This document shows, piece by piece, positions 1 to 10,800 of a stretch of DNA of 64,000 nucleotides (within the stretch, counting starts at the first letter, position 1; the number at the start of each line of letters is the position of its first letter). The notes beneath the pieces are model-generated. The model was not told where the DNA came from, did no database searches, and worked only from the letters and a program-made list of their open reading frames with translations. The stretch covers positions 124,434,001-124,498,000 of the forward strand of contig NW_027362769.1 of the NCBI RefSeq assembly GCF_046119375.1, read 5' to 3'. Source of the DNA: Phyllobates terribilis (taxonomy: Eukaryota). Position numbers and translations under genes: made by a program.

Positions 1-10
1 GCAACTACAT

Positions 11-3000
11 TTGGGTACTGACTCCACTCCCTCACATCAGAAACAGGGAGTCTATCGGGTGGTTCAAGAGTACGAGAGAGTGTTTAGTAAACACCCGTTA
101 GACTTCGGGCGAGTCAAGGGGGTAGAACACCACATCCCCACGGGAGACCATCCTCCCATAAAAGAGAGGTATCGACCCGTACCCCCTGCACACTACCAAC
201 ACGCCAAGGGGATGCTTAGAGACATGAAGGAGGCTGGGGTGATCAGGGATAGCTGTAGCCCCTGGGCAGCTCCACTAGTCTTAGTCCGAAAGAAAGACAA
301 CACCATGAGGATGTGTGTAGATTACCGGAAAATCAATCGTATCACACACAAGGATGCGTACCCCTTACCAAGGATAGAGGAGTCATTGGCTGCTTTAAGA
401 TCTGCTAACTTCTTCTCTACCTTGGATCTCACTAGCGGGTACTGGCAGGTTCCTGTAGCAGAGGCGGACCGGGAGAAGACCGCATTCACCACCCCGATGG
501 GACTTAGCGAGTTCACCTGCATGCCGTTCGGACTCTGCAACGCACCGGGAACCTTCCAACGACTAATGGAGTGTTGTCTGGGCCACAGAAACTTCGAGAC
601 GGTCCTGTTGTACCTGGACGATGTCATCGTATATTCCAAGACGTATGAGGACCACCTGAAACACCTGGCGGAAGTGTTCGAAGCTCTGGCAAGTTACGGC
701 CTAAAGGTGAAACCCTCCAAGTGTCACCTCCTGAAACCAAAGGTGCAGTACCTGGGACACGTGGTGAGCGCTGATGGAGTGGCTCCCGACCCTGATAAGA
801 TCACCGCAATTAAGGAATGGCCAAGCCCCTCCAGCGTAAAAGAAGTGCGGCAGTTCCTCGGGTTGGTAGGCTACTACCGAAGGTTTATTCCCGGTTTCAC
901 CAAAAAGGCAGCACCTATGCAGGACCTCCTGATAGGCCAGTCCCGGAAGGCCAAGAACCAGAAGCCGCCCTTCAAATGGGAGGAGCTGGAAGAAGAGTCC
1001 TTCCGCCAGCTGAAGATGGCCCTCACGGGGGACGAAATCCTGGCGTACCCGGATTATAGCCAGCCCTTTATCCTCTACACCGACGCCAGTAACATCGGGC
1101 TAGGAGCCGTACTATCCCAGATCCAGCAGGGGAAGGAACGAGTAATCGCCTACGCCAGCCGAAAACTGCGACCCACCGAAAGGAACCCCGAGAATTACAG
1201 CTCATTTAAGCTAGAGTTCCTGGCCGTAGTATGGGCAGTCACCGAGCGCTTTAAGCATTACCTCGCTTCTTCCCGGTTCACCGTGTACACGGATAACAAC
1301 CCGTTGACACACCTGGACACGGCAAGACTCGGTGCCCTGGAGCAGAGGTGGATGGCCCGTCTGTCCAACTACGAGTTCACAATCAAATACCGGGCAGGAC
1401 GCTCCAATACCAACACGGACGCCCTGTCCAGGATGCCCAACCTGCCGGACGGAGGAGAAGATCCGGAGGGACTGGAAGAAGTTGAACTCCCTGCGTTCCA
1501 CCGTCATGGGACTATTCAGTATTCCCACCAGGTAAGGAGTAAGCAGACTGCTACGTTGAACCCCTTACCCCACTACAACTGGGCGGAAACGCAAGACAGC
1601 GACCCTGCCGTCCGACTGGTGAAGGAGATGCTGACTCGGCCGGAGGCTCGCCTTGAACCAGACGCTCCGGAGGAAGCCAAACAACTATGGGCAGAGAAGA
1701 GTCGACTGTTCCTTTACAAAGGGAAGTTGTGCCGCAGAATGGTTAACTCCCGGACGCATGAATTACTCTGGCAAGTAGTGGTGCCACGAAGGGACGCAGC
1801 CATGGTGATGGAGGCATACCACGACGGAGCTGGGCACTTCGGGTGGAGGAAGCTGGAGTTCCTGCTGCGCGAGCGGTTCCACTGGGTAGGCATGAGGGGA
1901 ACCATTGAGAAGTGGTGCAGAGACTGTGGCCCCTGCAACCTGAGAAGGAAGGACCGTGCCAGCCAGAAGACTCCCCTGCAGTCCATCGTCACCCGGCAAC
2001 CGTTGGAACTGGTAGCCTTGGATCATGTAAAACTGACCCCAAGCAGAAGTGGCTACGTCTACGCGTTAACCATCGTGGATCATTACTCCCGGTTTCTGGT
2101 TGTCGTCCCCGTCAAGGACTTAACGGCTCAAACAGCAGCTAGAGCCTTCCAGCAGCACTTTTGCCGTCCACACGGGTACCCGGACCAAGTGCTGACGGAC
2201 CAGGGACCTGCCTTTGAAGCGGAGGTCTTCCAGGAATTCTGCAATCTGTATGGCTGCCGGAAGATAAGGACGACACCCTACCATCCGCAAACTAATGGAC
2301 TTTGTGAGAAAATGAACCAGGTGGTAATGGATCTTCTAAAAACGTTGCCCCTGGAAGAACGCAGTCTGTGGCCTGAGAAGTTGCCCGATCTGGTGGACCT
2401 ATACAACCACATCCCGGTAGGTTCCACCAACTGTACCCCGGCTTACCTAATGAGGGCAAGACCTGGTAAGTTACCTGTTGACCTGGAAATGGGAGTCCTG
2501 ACACCCGTGGACACTTCACCAGAAACAGACTGGGACACAGAGAGGCAGCAGCAGTACCGGAGAGTACAGGAGAGCGTGGAGCGAAGTCTCTGTCAGGCTA
2601 GGGAAAGACAAGAGAAAACTTACAACCAGTATGCTCCCGCTGTTCCCCTGGTACCCGGAGAGCAGGTCTTGAAGAGGAAGAGACGGCTCCACAAGTTGGA
2701 TGACCAGTGGGAGAAGGACCCGTACACCGTACTGCCCTCAAGCCACGAGAACCCGAAGGTTTGTACCATCAGTAAAGACGGAGGGGAAACCACCGCCATT
2801 GTATCCCGGGACCACCTGAAGAAGTGTCCCGAACAACTGAGGAACCCTGAAGAGGAACAAGAAGACCATCGACCCGTAGAGGAAAGGGAAGATATGGTTA
2901 GTACTGTGCTCGGGGACTTCCCTCGGTCTTGGACTCAAGTCAATGGTGCAGTTGTGGTACCCGTACTCACCTTCCTCCAACCAGCATCCCAAGCACCTGC

Positions 3001-3247
3001 GGAGCAACAGGTAGAGCTAGAAGAACAGCCGGTCCAGGAGGCAGAAGACTCCACACAAGCAGAACAGGAGGATCAACCCTCTGCTTATAGTGAGCCTGCC
3101 GTACCCCTAGTGAGACAAAGAGCCGGTAGACAGCTGCCCAGTTTACCCTTGACAGCTCCTACACCCTGTAGTTCAGGGCCAGACAGTCAGCTCCGTAGGT
3201 CCACTAGGGCCACTAGAGGCCAGTTACCCGCACGCTGGAGGATTTGA
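11..3247 (+). CDS. Gypsy Pol (RT, RNase H, integrase), uninterrupted C-terminal 1078 aa
   Basis: RT motifs LDLTSGYWQ and YLDD; RNase H YTDAS; integrase H-H-C-C (YHDGAGH...CRDCGPC) and D,D,E core (LDHV...TDQG...CEKMN). The true start lies upstream of the window. Confidence 0.95.
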   Translation: MGTDSTPSHQKQGVYRVVQEYERVFSKHPLDFGRVKGVEHHIPTGDHPPIKERYRPVPPAHYQHAKGMLRDMKEAGVIRDSCSPWAAPLVLVRKKDNTMRMCVDYRKINRITHKDAYPLPRIEESLAALRSANFFSTLDLTSGYWQVPVAEADREKTAFTTPMGLSEFTCMPFGLCNAPGTFQRLMECCLGHRNFETVLLYLDDVIVYSKTYEDHLKHLAEVFEALASYGLKVKPSKCHLLKPKVQYLGHVVSADGVAPDPDKITAIKEWPSPSSVKEVRQFLGLVGYYRRFIPGFTKKAAPMQDLLIGQSRKAKNQKPPFKWEELEEESFRQLKMALTGDEILAYPDYSQPFILYTDASNIGLGAVLSQIQQGKERVIAYASRKLRPTERNPENYSSFKLEFLAVVWAVTERFKHYLASSRFTVYTDNNPLTHLDTARLGALEQRWMARLSNYEFTIKYRAGRSNTNTDALSRMPNLPDGGEDPEGLEEVELPAFHRHGTIQYSHQVRSKQTATLNPLPHYNWAETQDSDPAVRLVKEMLTRPEARLEPDAPEEAKQLWAEKSRLFLYKGKLCRRMVNSRTHELLWQVVVPRRDAAMVMEAYHDGAGHFGWRKLEFLLRERFHWVGMRGTIEKWCRDCGPCNLRRKDRASQKTPLQSIVTRQPLELVALDHVKLTPSRSGYVYALTIVDHYSRFLVVVPVKDLTAQTAARAFQQHFCRPHGYPDQVLTDQGPAFEAEVFQEFCNLYGCRKIRTTPYHPQTNGLCEKMNQVVMDLLKTLPLEERSLWPEKLPDLVDLYNHIPVGSTNCTPAYLMRARPGKLPVDLEMGVLTPVDTSPETDWDTERQQQYRRVQESVERSLCQARERQEKTYNQYAPAVPLVPGEQVLKRKRRLHKLDDQWEKDPYTVLPSSHENPKVCTISKDGGETTAIVSRDHLKKCPEQLRNPEEEQEDHRPVEEREDMVSTVLGDFPRSWTQVNGAVVVPVLTFLQPASQAPAEQQVELEEQPVQEAEDSTQAEQEDQPSAYSEPAVPLVRQRAGRQLPSLPLTAPTPCSSGPDSQLRRSTRATRGQLPARWRI

Positions 3248-3610
3248 AGTGTATAAATTGTTTTATTTATGTTTATCTGTGTATTGTTGCTTGTGTATAA
3301 TTTTGTGTTTCCAGTTATTTTTAGGAATCCTTGGTGGATTTACCGGGAATCCTTGTACATAGTTGGAGCGTAACCCAGGATGGACTAGAGACTGTTAAGG
3401 ACTCGGGGTAGGACAGACCCCTACCTGGTTACGTCTCCCTGTTTTGGTGAAATGGACACCTTGCTTTCTTCAAAGACTACACCCGGTTACGGACATGCCG
3501 TGACCACCTTTATGTGTTTCTTCTTATTGTACTATTATTGTTGTTATATCTTGTTATGTTTTTTCTAAAATATGTTTAGTCCCGGAGTACTAAATTTCAC
3601 TAGGGGGGAA

Positions 3611-4577
3611 TGTGGCACCCCAGGGGTCTGGTTTTCCACAGTAATGTAATGTTATGTCTGAGAGCAGGTGGGAGGTCCTTTGGTCAGGGATCCTGTGCAT
3701 GCCACACCTCCTGCCCAGTCTTGGGAGGGGAAGAACTTCCCCTGTATAAACCCTGGGCTGAGGCAGGGTTAGTCAGTCAAGGAGAGTAGAGACAAGAAAC
3801 AGCAGAAGCAATACTACTACGAGTCAGGGGCTGGCAGCTGCAGAGCTCGCCCTGACTGAGAAGCTTTCTTACCGGACCCGGCGTCCGAGGCTGTGGGGAC
3901 TAACTCTTACCCAGCAGCAGAAGCCGACCGGCAGGGGATTTCAGGTCCTCAGGCCCAGAAACCCGAAGGCACGGTCACACGCGTGGGACCAGCACCGCCA
4001 TCGTGGAGCGGAAGCCATTAGAAGGCCCCGAGTCACCGGCCATACGGGTGAGCACCACACGGTACACTCAGGGACGTGGGCTACTTATATCTGCTTCTAG
4101 CAAGGTAGCCAGAAGAGTACAGTCAGTTTGGGAGGCCTACAACTCCGCCTGGCCAGGGGAGATCCCATCTGCTCAAGGACTGACCAGGCCCCGTTCACTA
4201 GCAAGTACTCCGGGAGGGTCTATCGTTGTTACCAGTAAAGACCCTGAATTACACCGCACCGTCTCTGAGTGGTTCCTGCTACCCCCATCATCCACATCTG
4301 CTGCCCTGAGGCCATACCCCTCCCGTTGGGGGTTATACCATCTACGCTGCACCATCCATCCACCGGCCTCAGCGGACTGTCCTGCAGCGGCAGCTCCATA
4401 GCTGCATTCAACGGGTGGCGTAGTCGTCCTGCATCTACCGCTGTTACATCGCCGCTCAGTTTGACTCCCTGGGCACGGACCGGGTCACCGCCACGAGACT
4501 ACAACCCTCAAGAGATCCGGCTCCGGGTAAGCTCCCGCGTGCGCAACGCAGCGCGACACAGGCCCAGGGGCGCGTCA
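3611..4577 (+). repeat. 3' LTR of Gypsy A copy 1 (967 bp)
   Basis: TG...CA termini; short terminal inverted repeat; TATA-like TATAAA near 3745; AGTAAA near 4235; similar to the LTRs at 25770 and 32655. Confidence 0.93.
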
Positions 4578-6161
4578 GAAGCGTCTCTCCAAGCAAACCA
4601 GCTGTGGAACAAGAGAAGCCGGCTGTTTATCTACCGTGAGAAGCTGTGCCGGAGGTACGTCAATCCAAAAACCCATGAGATGGTATGGCAGATAGTGGTC
4701 CCCAAGACAGACATCCAAATGGTGTTGGAGGCCTACCACGATCAGGCTGGGCACTTTGGCTGGAAAAAGCTAGAGACCCTGCTGAAGTGTCGATTCTACT
4801 GGGTAGGAATGCGCAGCTCCATCGAGCGGTGGTGCCGGGACTGTGGACCCTGTGGCCTCAGAAGAAAGGACTACAGCAGCCAGAAGGCACCCCTGCAACC
4901 CATCAAGACGACTCGACCCCTGGAGATCGTGGCCCTGGACCATGTCAAGTTGTCACCCAGCTGGTCAGGGTACTCCTACGCACTGACCATGGTGGATCAC
5001 TACTCCAGTTTCCTGGTGGTCGCCCCCGTCAAAGACCTGACGGCAGAGACAGCAGCAAAGACGTTCCAGGCGTATTTCTGTAGACCTCATGGATATCCTG
5101 AGCAGGTGTTGACGGACCAAGGCCCGGCCTTTGAGGCTGAGTTGTTCAAGGAGTTCTGCCATCTATACGGGTGTAAGAAGATAAGAACTACACCGTACCA
5201 CCCACAAACCAATGGTCTCTGTGAAAAGATGAACAACATCATCATCGACCTGCTAAAGACCATACCACTTGAGGAGAGAAATCAGTGGCCAGACCTACTA
5301 CCCGACTTAGTGGATCTGTACAACCATATACCAGTAAGTTCCACCAACTCCATTCCGGCATATCTCATGCGAGCAAGACCTGGGAAGCTGCCCATGGATC
5401 TGGAGCTTGGTGTTGTCGAGCCTGAAGCTGATATGACCACTGAGGATTGGGACACGACCAGACAAGAACAATACAGAAGGGTACAAGCCTGTGTCGAGGA
5501 CAGTCTCACTCGGGTGAGGGACAAGCAGGATGCTCAATACAACAGAGGTGCCCAAGCAGAACCTTTCACACCTGGTGAAACAGTATTGAAAAGAAAGAGA
5601 AGAAACCATAAACTTGATGACCAGTGGGAAAAAGAACCCTACACTGTGTTGAATTCAAGATTTGATAATAAAAAGACCTGCATAATTAGTAGAGATGGAG
5701 GAAGGACGACTGCAACAGTGTCCAGGGATCACCTAAAGTTGTGTCCAGATCTACTGAAACCCCAAAAAGAAGTGCCTCTCACCGTACCGGAGGAGCCTAA
5801 AGAAGCAGTGATACACACTGAGTTAGGAGATTTCCCGGCAGATTGGCCCCAACTAGGAGGAGCAGTAATCATCACTGTAATCACCTTCTACCCACAGCAA
5901 GAAGAACCTGTGAGTGCTGCAGAAGAGCCTGCTCAAGCAGAATCCCTGGAAGAAGGATCCCCGGTTGGAACAGAGCAAGAAGGCCCAGCCAATGGTATGC
6001 TTGCTAGTCCAGTAGGGAGGTCAATACAGTCATGTAGCCCCTCCACACCTAGTACTGACACATTGGGAGGTAGTGCACCTACTAGTACTTCACGCATCCC
6101 GGTGCTACGCAGATCAACACGTAGCATGCGAGGTCAACCCCCTGACAGGTACAGAGAGTAA
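4578..6161 (+). CDS. Gypsy B integrase (C-terminal part of Pol)
   Basis: HHCC zinc-binding motif, DDE core and GPY/F-like region; clearly related to but diverged from the family A integrase. The first ~103 aa of the listed 4269-6161 ORF are LTR sequence, not Pol. Confidence 0.9.
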   Translation, partial: EASLQANQLWNKRSRLFIYREKLCRRYVNPKTHEMVWQIVVPKTDIQMVLEAYHDQAGHFGWKKLETLLKCRFYWVGMRSSIERWCRDCGPCGLRRKDYSSQKAPLQPIKTTRPLEIVALDHVKLSPSWSGYSYALTMVDHYSSFLVVAPVKDLTAETAAKTFQAYFCRPHGYPEQVLTDQGPAFEAELFKEFCHLYGCKKIRTTPYHPQTNGLCEKMNNIIIDLLKTIPLEERNQWPDLLPDLVDLYNHIPVSSTNSIPAYLMRARPGKLPMDLELGVVEPEADMTTEDWDTTRQEQYRRVQACVEDSLTRVRDKQDAQYNRGAQAEPFTPGETVLKRKRRNHKLDDQWEKEPYTVLNSRFDNKKTCIISRDGGRTTATVSRDHLKLCPDLLKPQKEVPLTVPEEPKEAVIHTELGDFPADWPQLGGAVIITVITFYPQQEEPVSAAEEPAQAESLEEGSPVGTEQEGPANGMLASPVGRSIQSCSPSTPSTDTLGGSAPTSTSRIPVLRRSTRSMRGQPPDRYRE

Positions 6162-6752
6162 AGTAAAACTCTGAAAATGTAGATAGTTACCCCTGGGGTA
6201 TTATATAGCATTGAATTAAATTGTACTGTAGTATTGTGTGTTTTCATGCATATGTATATTATTTTGTGCTTTGCTTTATTATTGAACAGTTTAAGTTATA
6301 TGGACACTTTCCCTAATGACTTCCTTTATTGTTTACCTAAGAACTGCGTGGCTGAGGACTGTGTGCAGCCCAAAAACTGCTTCTTGTATATAATTGCACT
6401 CCCTGGAGTGCCCCTTCAGGTGACCTCAGAAGGAAAACCTGTCTGGAGTGGCTCTACTGGAGGTCCAACTCGGGATCTTCATGCCCTGAAGCCACCCCAG
6501 GGCCTACGTTGAGGGTTTGGGACAGGTCCCTCAAACCACCAAGTACTCTACCCTGTGAGATGGACATCCTATCTGGGAACCTCACCATAAGAGACTTGAA
6601 TTCTGAGGACGCTTTGTACCTGTTTATGTTATTATGCAACGTTTAAGAAATGTGCCTCCCATAAAGGGAAGAGTTATTGTATTGTTCATGTTTACTATTG
6701 TTGTTTTAAAATATACTTCAGCCCGGGAGGGCTGAGCTTTGCTAGGGGGGAA

Positions 6753-7878
6753 TGTGGAGCCCAGCTATGCTTGGTACCACAGATCCTAGAAGTGTGCATT
6801 GATGGAATCCTCCACAAGAGGCCCCCATAAACATTCACACATCTCCACCTTCCACCTCATACCAGCAGAGGGAGCCCGTTAGGGATATAAATAGGGAAGG
6901 TGGAGCTAGGCAGCTCAGTTCCTCTGAAGAGTTCCTGCAGTAGAGAAGCTTGAGATAGGTCAGTCTGCAGTGGAGCTCAATCTAGTCTAGAGAACTCAGT
7001 TAATAGTTCAGCAGTGGAGCACGAGGCTCCAGCTAGCTAGATTCAGGGAGCTCAGTTACAGCTTAAGGTGTGCCGGCGCCATAAGATCGGTGAAGCGCGG
7101 AAAGCTGCCGTTAGTGTGTATAGCATAGTTTGGGCCCGAGTAGGTCGAAGGCGAGTGGAGAGTTAGTAACATAGGGGGCAGAGGAGCTTAACTAGCTCAC
7201 CCCGAAGAATTTACCGGACACCGGTTCCGAGCTTACCGGGATCTCCAAGACCCAGTAAGGCATAACCGGAATCCCTGGAAGACTACAGGTCCCAGGTTCA
7301 CCAGAGAGCTGATACGTAACAGAGCCAGGAGACACATAGACCCCGTAAGCTGGGAGCTACCACACCGTCAGCCGGTGCAGGACAGAGACAAAGTTAGGCC
7401 TAGCTCCAGGCAGGTCAGAAACTTACTACGCAGAGGCAAGAAGCAGGAGGCCCTACACCCGCTCATTGGGGAGGATCCTGATATGCACCCTTCACCCTAC
7501 AGTGCTCCGGGATGTGCCTGAGTTTCCACCAGTAAAAGGTACAGAAGTGACTACCGTGTCCGTCCCTGTTCTTGCTGTGACCCGGCTGGGTTTCGCCTGC
7601 CCTGCATCCCCTGCTCCATACGCTGCCCTGAGGCCTAGCTCCACCTGTGGGGAGCTATACCATCGAGCTGCCTTGTCACCGGCCTCAGTGGACTGCCGCA
7701 GCGCTGGTGATTCTCACTAGAAACCACAGGTGGCGTCACGAACTTTCATAAAATTTACAAACAATCCCCTTTTAAAAGCTGACCCCAGGGTACGGACCCG
7801 GGAGCCGACCACCGCGACATCCCCAAAGGCCAGGCAAAGGCCCGGGTACCGAGTCATCCCCATCGCCTGGGCTAGTCA
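6753..7878 (+). repeat. 3' LTR of Gypsy B (1126 bp)
   Basis: Follows the PPT; TG...CA ends with inverted repeat AGCCC/GGGCT; TATA-like ATATAAA near 6885; AGTAAA near 7531. Confidence 0.88.
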
Positions 7879-10800
7879 CTTACTCCCCTTCTCTCTGCCA
7901 TCAATAACATAACTACCTGATTGGTGTCACCATTACCTAAAAACGCATTAAATACCAATATTACTGTTATACATAAAGAAGGAAAAGGCCCTGCTCAATG
8001 CTCTAGTTATCGCAAAATCTCTCTACTTAGTGTAGATCTTAAACTTAATACCAGGATCCTGGCAACCAGATTGGCACCTCCGCTCGGAGGCATCATTCAC
8101 CATGACCAGACTGGCTTCATGGCTGGCAAAGAGGCGAGAGATAACACTACCAAAGCCCTGAACCTTATTCCTAGAGCCAAATCAGATGATACCGCTTTGA
8201 TGCTGCACTCCATGGATGTTGAAAAAGTATTTGATAGAGTTAATTGGGTATCATGGAAGAATTACTGAAGATAATTGGATTACAGAGTTCTGTGTTAAAA
8301 TGGATAAGGGTCCCTTTATAATTCACCTACAGCCTGTGTCCGGGTAAATGGTTTCTTTTCCAATGGCTTTCCTATTATTATTATTATTTATTTATATAGC
8401 GCCATTGATTCCATGGCGCTGTACATAAGGAGGGGTTACATACCAAATATAGATATCACTTACAGTAAACAAACTAACAATGATAGACTGGTACAGAGGG
8501 AAGGTGACCCTGCCCTTGCGGCCTTACATTCTGCAGGAACGGGGAAGGAGACAGTAGGTTGGGGGTTGCGATAGCTCCGGTGTTGTTGAGGTGGCAGAGG
8601 GCAAGGTCATGGCAGGCTGTAAGCTTGTTTGAAGAAATGGGTTTTCAGGTTCCGTCTGAAGGATCCAAGTGTGGCAGATAATCGGACTGGTTGAGGCACA
8701 GAATTCCAGAGGATGGGGGATATTCGGGAGAAATCTTGGAGGCAATTGGGCGAGGAACGAATAAGTGTGGAGGAGAAAAGTAGGTCTTGGAAGAACCGGG
8801 GATTACGTAAGGGAATGTATCGGGAGATTAGTTCAGAGATGTATGGAGTAGAGAGGTTATGGATGGCTTCGTAGGTCAGTGTTAGTAGTTTGAACTGGAT
8901 ACACTGGGCAATTGGGAACCAGTGAAGGGATTTGCAAAGGGGTTAGCAGAGGAGTAGTGAGGCGAGAGATAGACCAGTCGCGCAGCAGAGTTAAGGATGG
9001 ACTGGAGGGGTGTGAGAGTGTTAGCAGGAAGGCCACAGAGGAGGATGTTGCATTAGTCGAGGCGGGAGATGATGAGGGCATGCACAAGCAGTTTAGTAGA
9101 TTGAGGGTTGAGGAAAGGATGGATTCTGGAAATATTTTTGAGCTGCAGGCGACAGGAGGTGGCGAGGGCTTGGATGTGGGGTTTGGAGGACAGGGCAGAG
9201 TCAAGAGCTACTCCGAGGCAGCGGATTGCCAGTACAGGGGAAAGTGTGATGTCATTTATTGTGATAGAAAGATGAGGTGGAGAAGATATGCGAGATAGGG
9301 GAAAGAAGATGAGTTCAGTTTTGTTGACATTGAGCTTGAGTAAGCGGGAGGAGAAGAAGGAGGATATAGCTGCTAGACATGCTGGGATTCTGGACAGCAG
9401 AGAGGTGACATCTGGGCCAGAGAGGTAGATCTGGGTGTCATCAGCATACAGATGGTACTGGAAGCCATGGGATTTTATGAGCTGTCCCAGGCCAAGGGTA
9501 TAGATTGAGAAGAGTAGGGGTCCTAGTACAGAGCTTTGAGGGACTCCAACAGAGAGGGGGCGGGGTGAGGAGGTCATGTGGTAGTGGGAAAGGATAAATG
9601 TGTGGTTAGAAAGGTATGAGGAGATCCAAGATAGGGCAAGGTCTTTGACGCCGAAGGAAGAGAGGATCTGTAGTAGGAGGCAGTGGTCAACTGTATCGAA
9701 AGCAGAGGACAGGTCAAGAAGAAGGAGTACAGAGAATTGTCTGTTAGCTTTGGCTGTAAGTCATTGGTGATTTTGGTAAGGGCAGTTTCGGTGGAATGGT
9801 AGGGGTGGAAACCGGATTGTCAGCTGTCGAAGAGATAGTTAGATGAGAAGTGGGAGGAAAGTTCAGTGTGAACGTGTTGCTCAAGTAGTTTGGAGGCAAA
9901 TGGGAGCAGCGATATGGGGCAGTGGGAAATGGCACCCGCCAAGGTCGTGCCCTTTGCCCTCTTATCTTTAATCTTACCCTCGAACCCTTCATCTGTCCCA
10001 TTAGAGCTAATCTTGACATTTCGGGTTTAAAGATCCAAGATTAATCATATAAAATCGCTGCTTATGCTGGCAATTTGCTATTTTATTTATATCACTAATA
10101 CGATCATCTGCCTTCCTAATCTAATGTTGGAGTTCAAAAGATATGCATCTTTGAATATTTTAAGATTAATTTATCCAAATCCGAAGCTCTGAATATCAAT
10201 CTCCCAAATAAGACCGTTTCCTCATTACAACGTACTTTTACATTTTGGTGGTCATCACAGTCTTTAAAATACCTGGGCATTTTCCTCCTTGCAGATCTAC
10301 ACTCCACTTTTAGACTTAACTTTTTACCTCTACTCCAGGCTATTAGAGAAGATTGTGCAAAATAGTCTAAACATTTCTTCACTTGGTTTGGGAGATGTGA
10401 AATATTCAAAATAAATACCCTCCCTTGCGTTTTATATCTTCTCCAAACTCTCCCTTTTAAAATCCCTTAATTCTTTTTTAAAATACATTGATTCTCTGCA
10501 GATAGGATTTATTGGCTTTATTTAGGCAAACAAACCAGCCAGATTACAGATTATACATTTTTTTTGTAGACCTAAAAAAGGGGACGGGTTGGGTCTTCTG
10601 GAATTAAGGGGCTAAAATCTGTCTACCCATGCGTCAAGAGTATTAGATTGGTGTAGACATGCTTCCTTGAAGCCGTGGGTGCAAATAGAGCACAGTTTTT
10701 CAGAAGTCTCTTTATCAGCTTTGTCTTGGCCAGCCAACATTAACTTTCCCTCATTGAAGTCTCATCTTACTATTAGTACCACCTTCCATTGCTGCTCCAA

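Larger units (their letters stand above)
1..4577 (+). mobile_element. Gypsy/Ty3 LTR retrotransposon family A, copy 1 (5' part outside window): pol, 3' UTR, PPT and 3' LTR
   Basis: Pol ORF 11-3247, PPT CTAGGGGGGAA at 3600-3610, then LTR TGTGGC...GCGTCA 3611-4577; highly similar to the full-length copy at 25770-33652. Confidence 0.96.
4578..7878 (+). mobile_element. Gypsy family B, 3' half (integrase, PPT, 3' LTR), interrupted by family A
   Basis: Integrase-coding frame resumes immediately after the A LTR (QANQLWNKRSRL...) and is open to 6161; PPT CTAGGGGGGAA 6742-6752; LTR TGTGGAGCCC...GGGCTAGTCA 6753-7878. Confidence 0.92.

Noticed and set aside
4003-4401. 132-aa ORF repeated in all three family A LTRs (also 26189-26587, 33074-33472)
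   Set aside because: Starts at GTG/TTG, has no recognisable domain, and recurs simply because the LTRs are copies; not preserved in LTR B or C as far as I can see.
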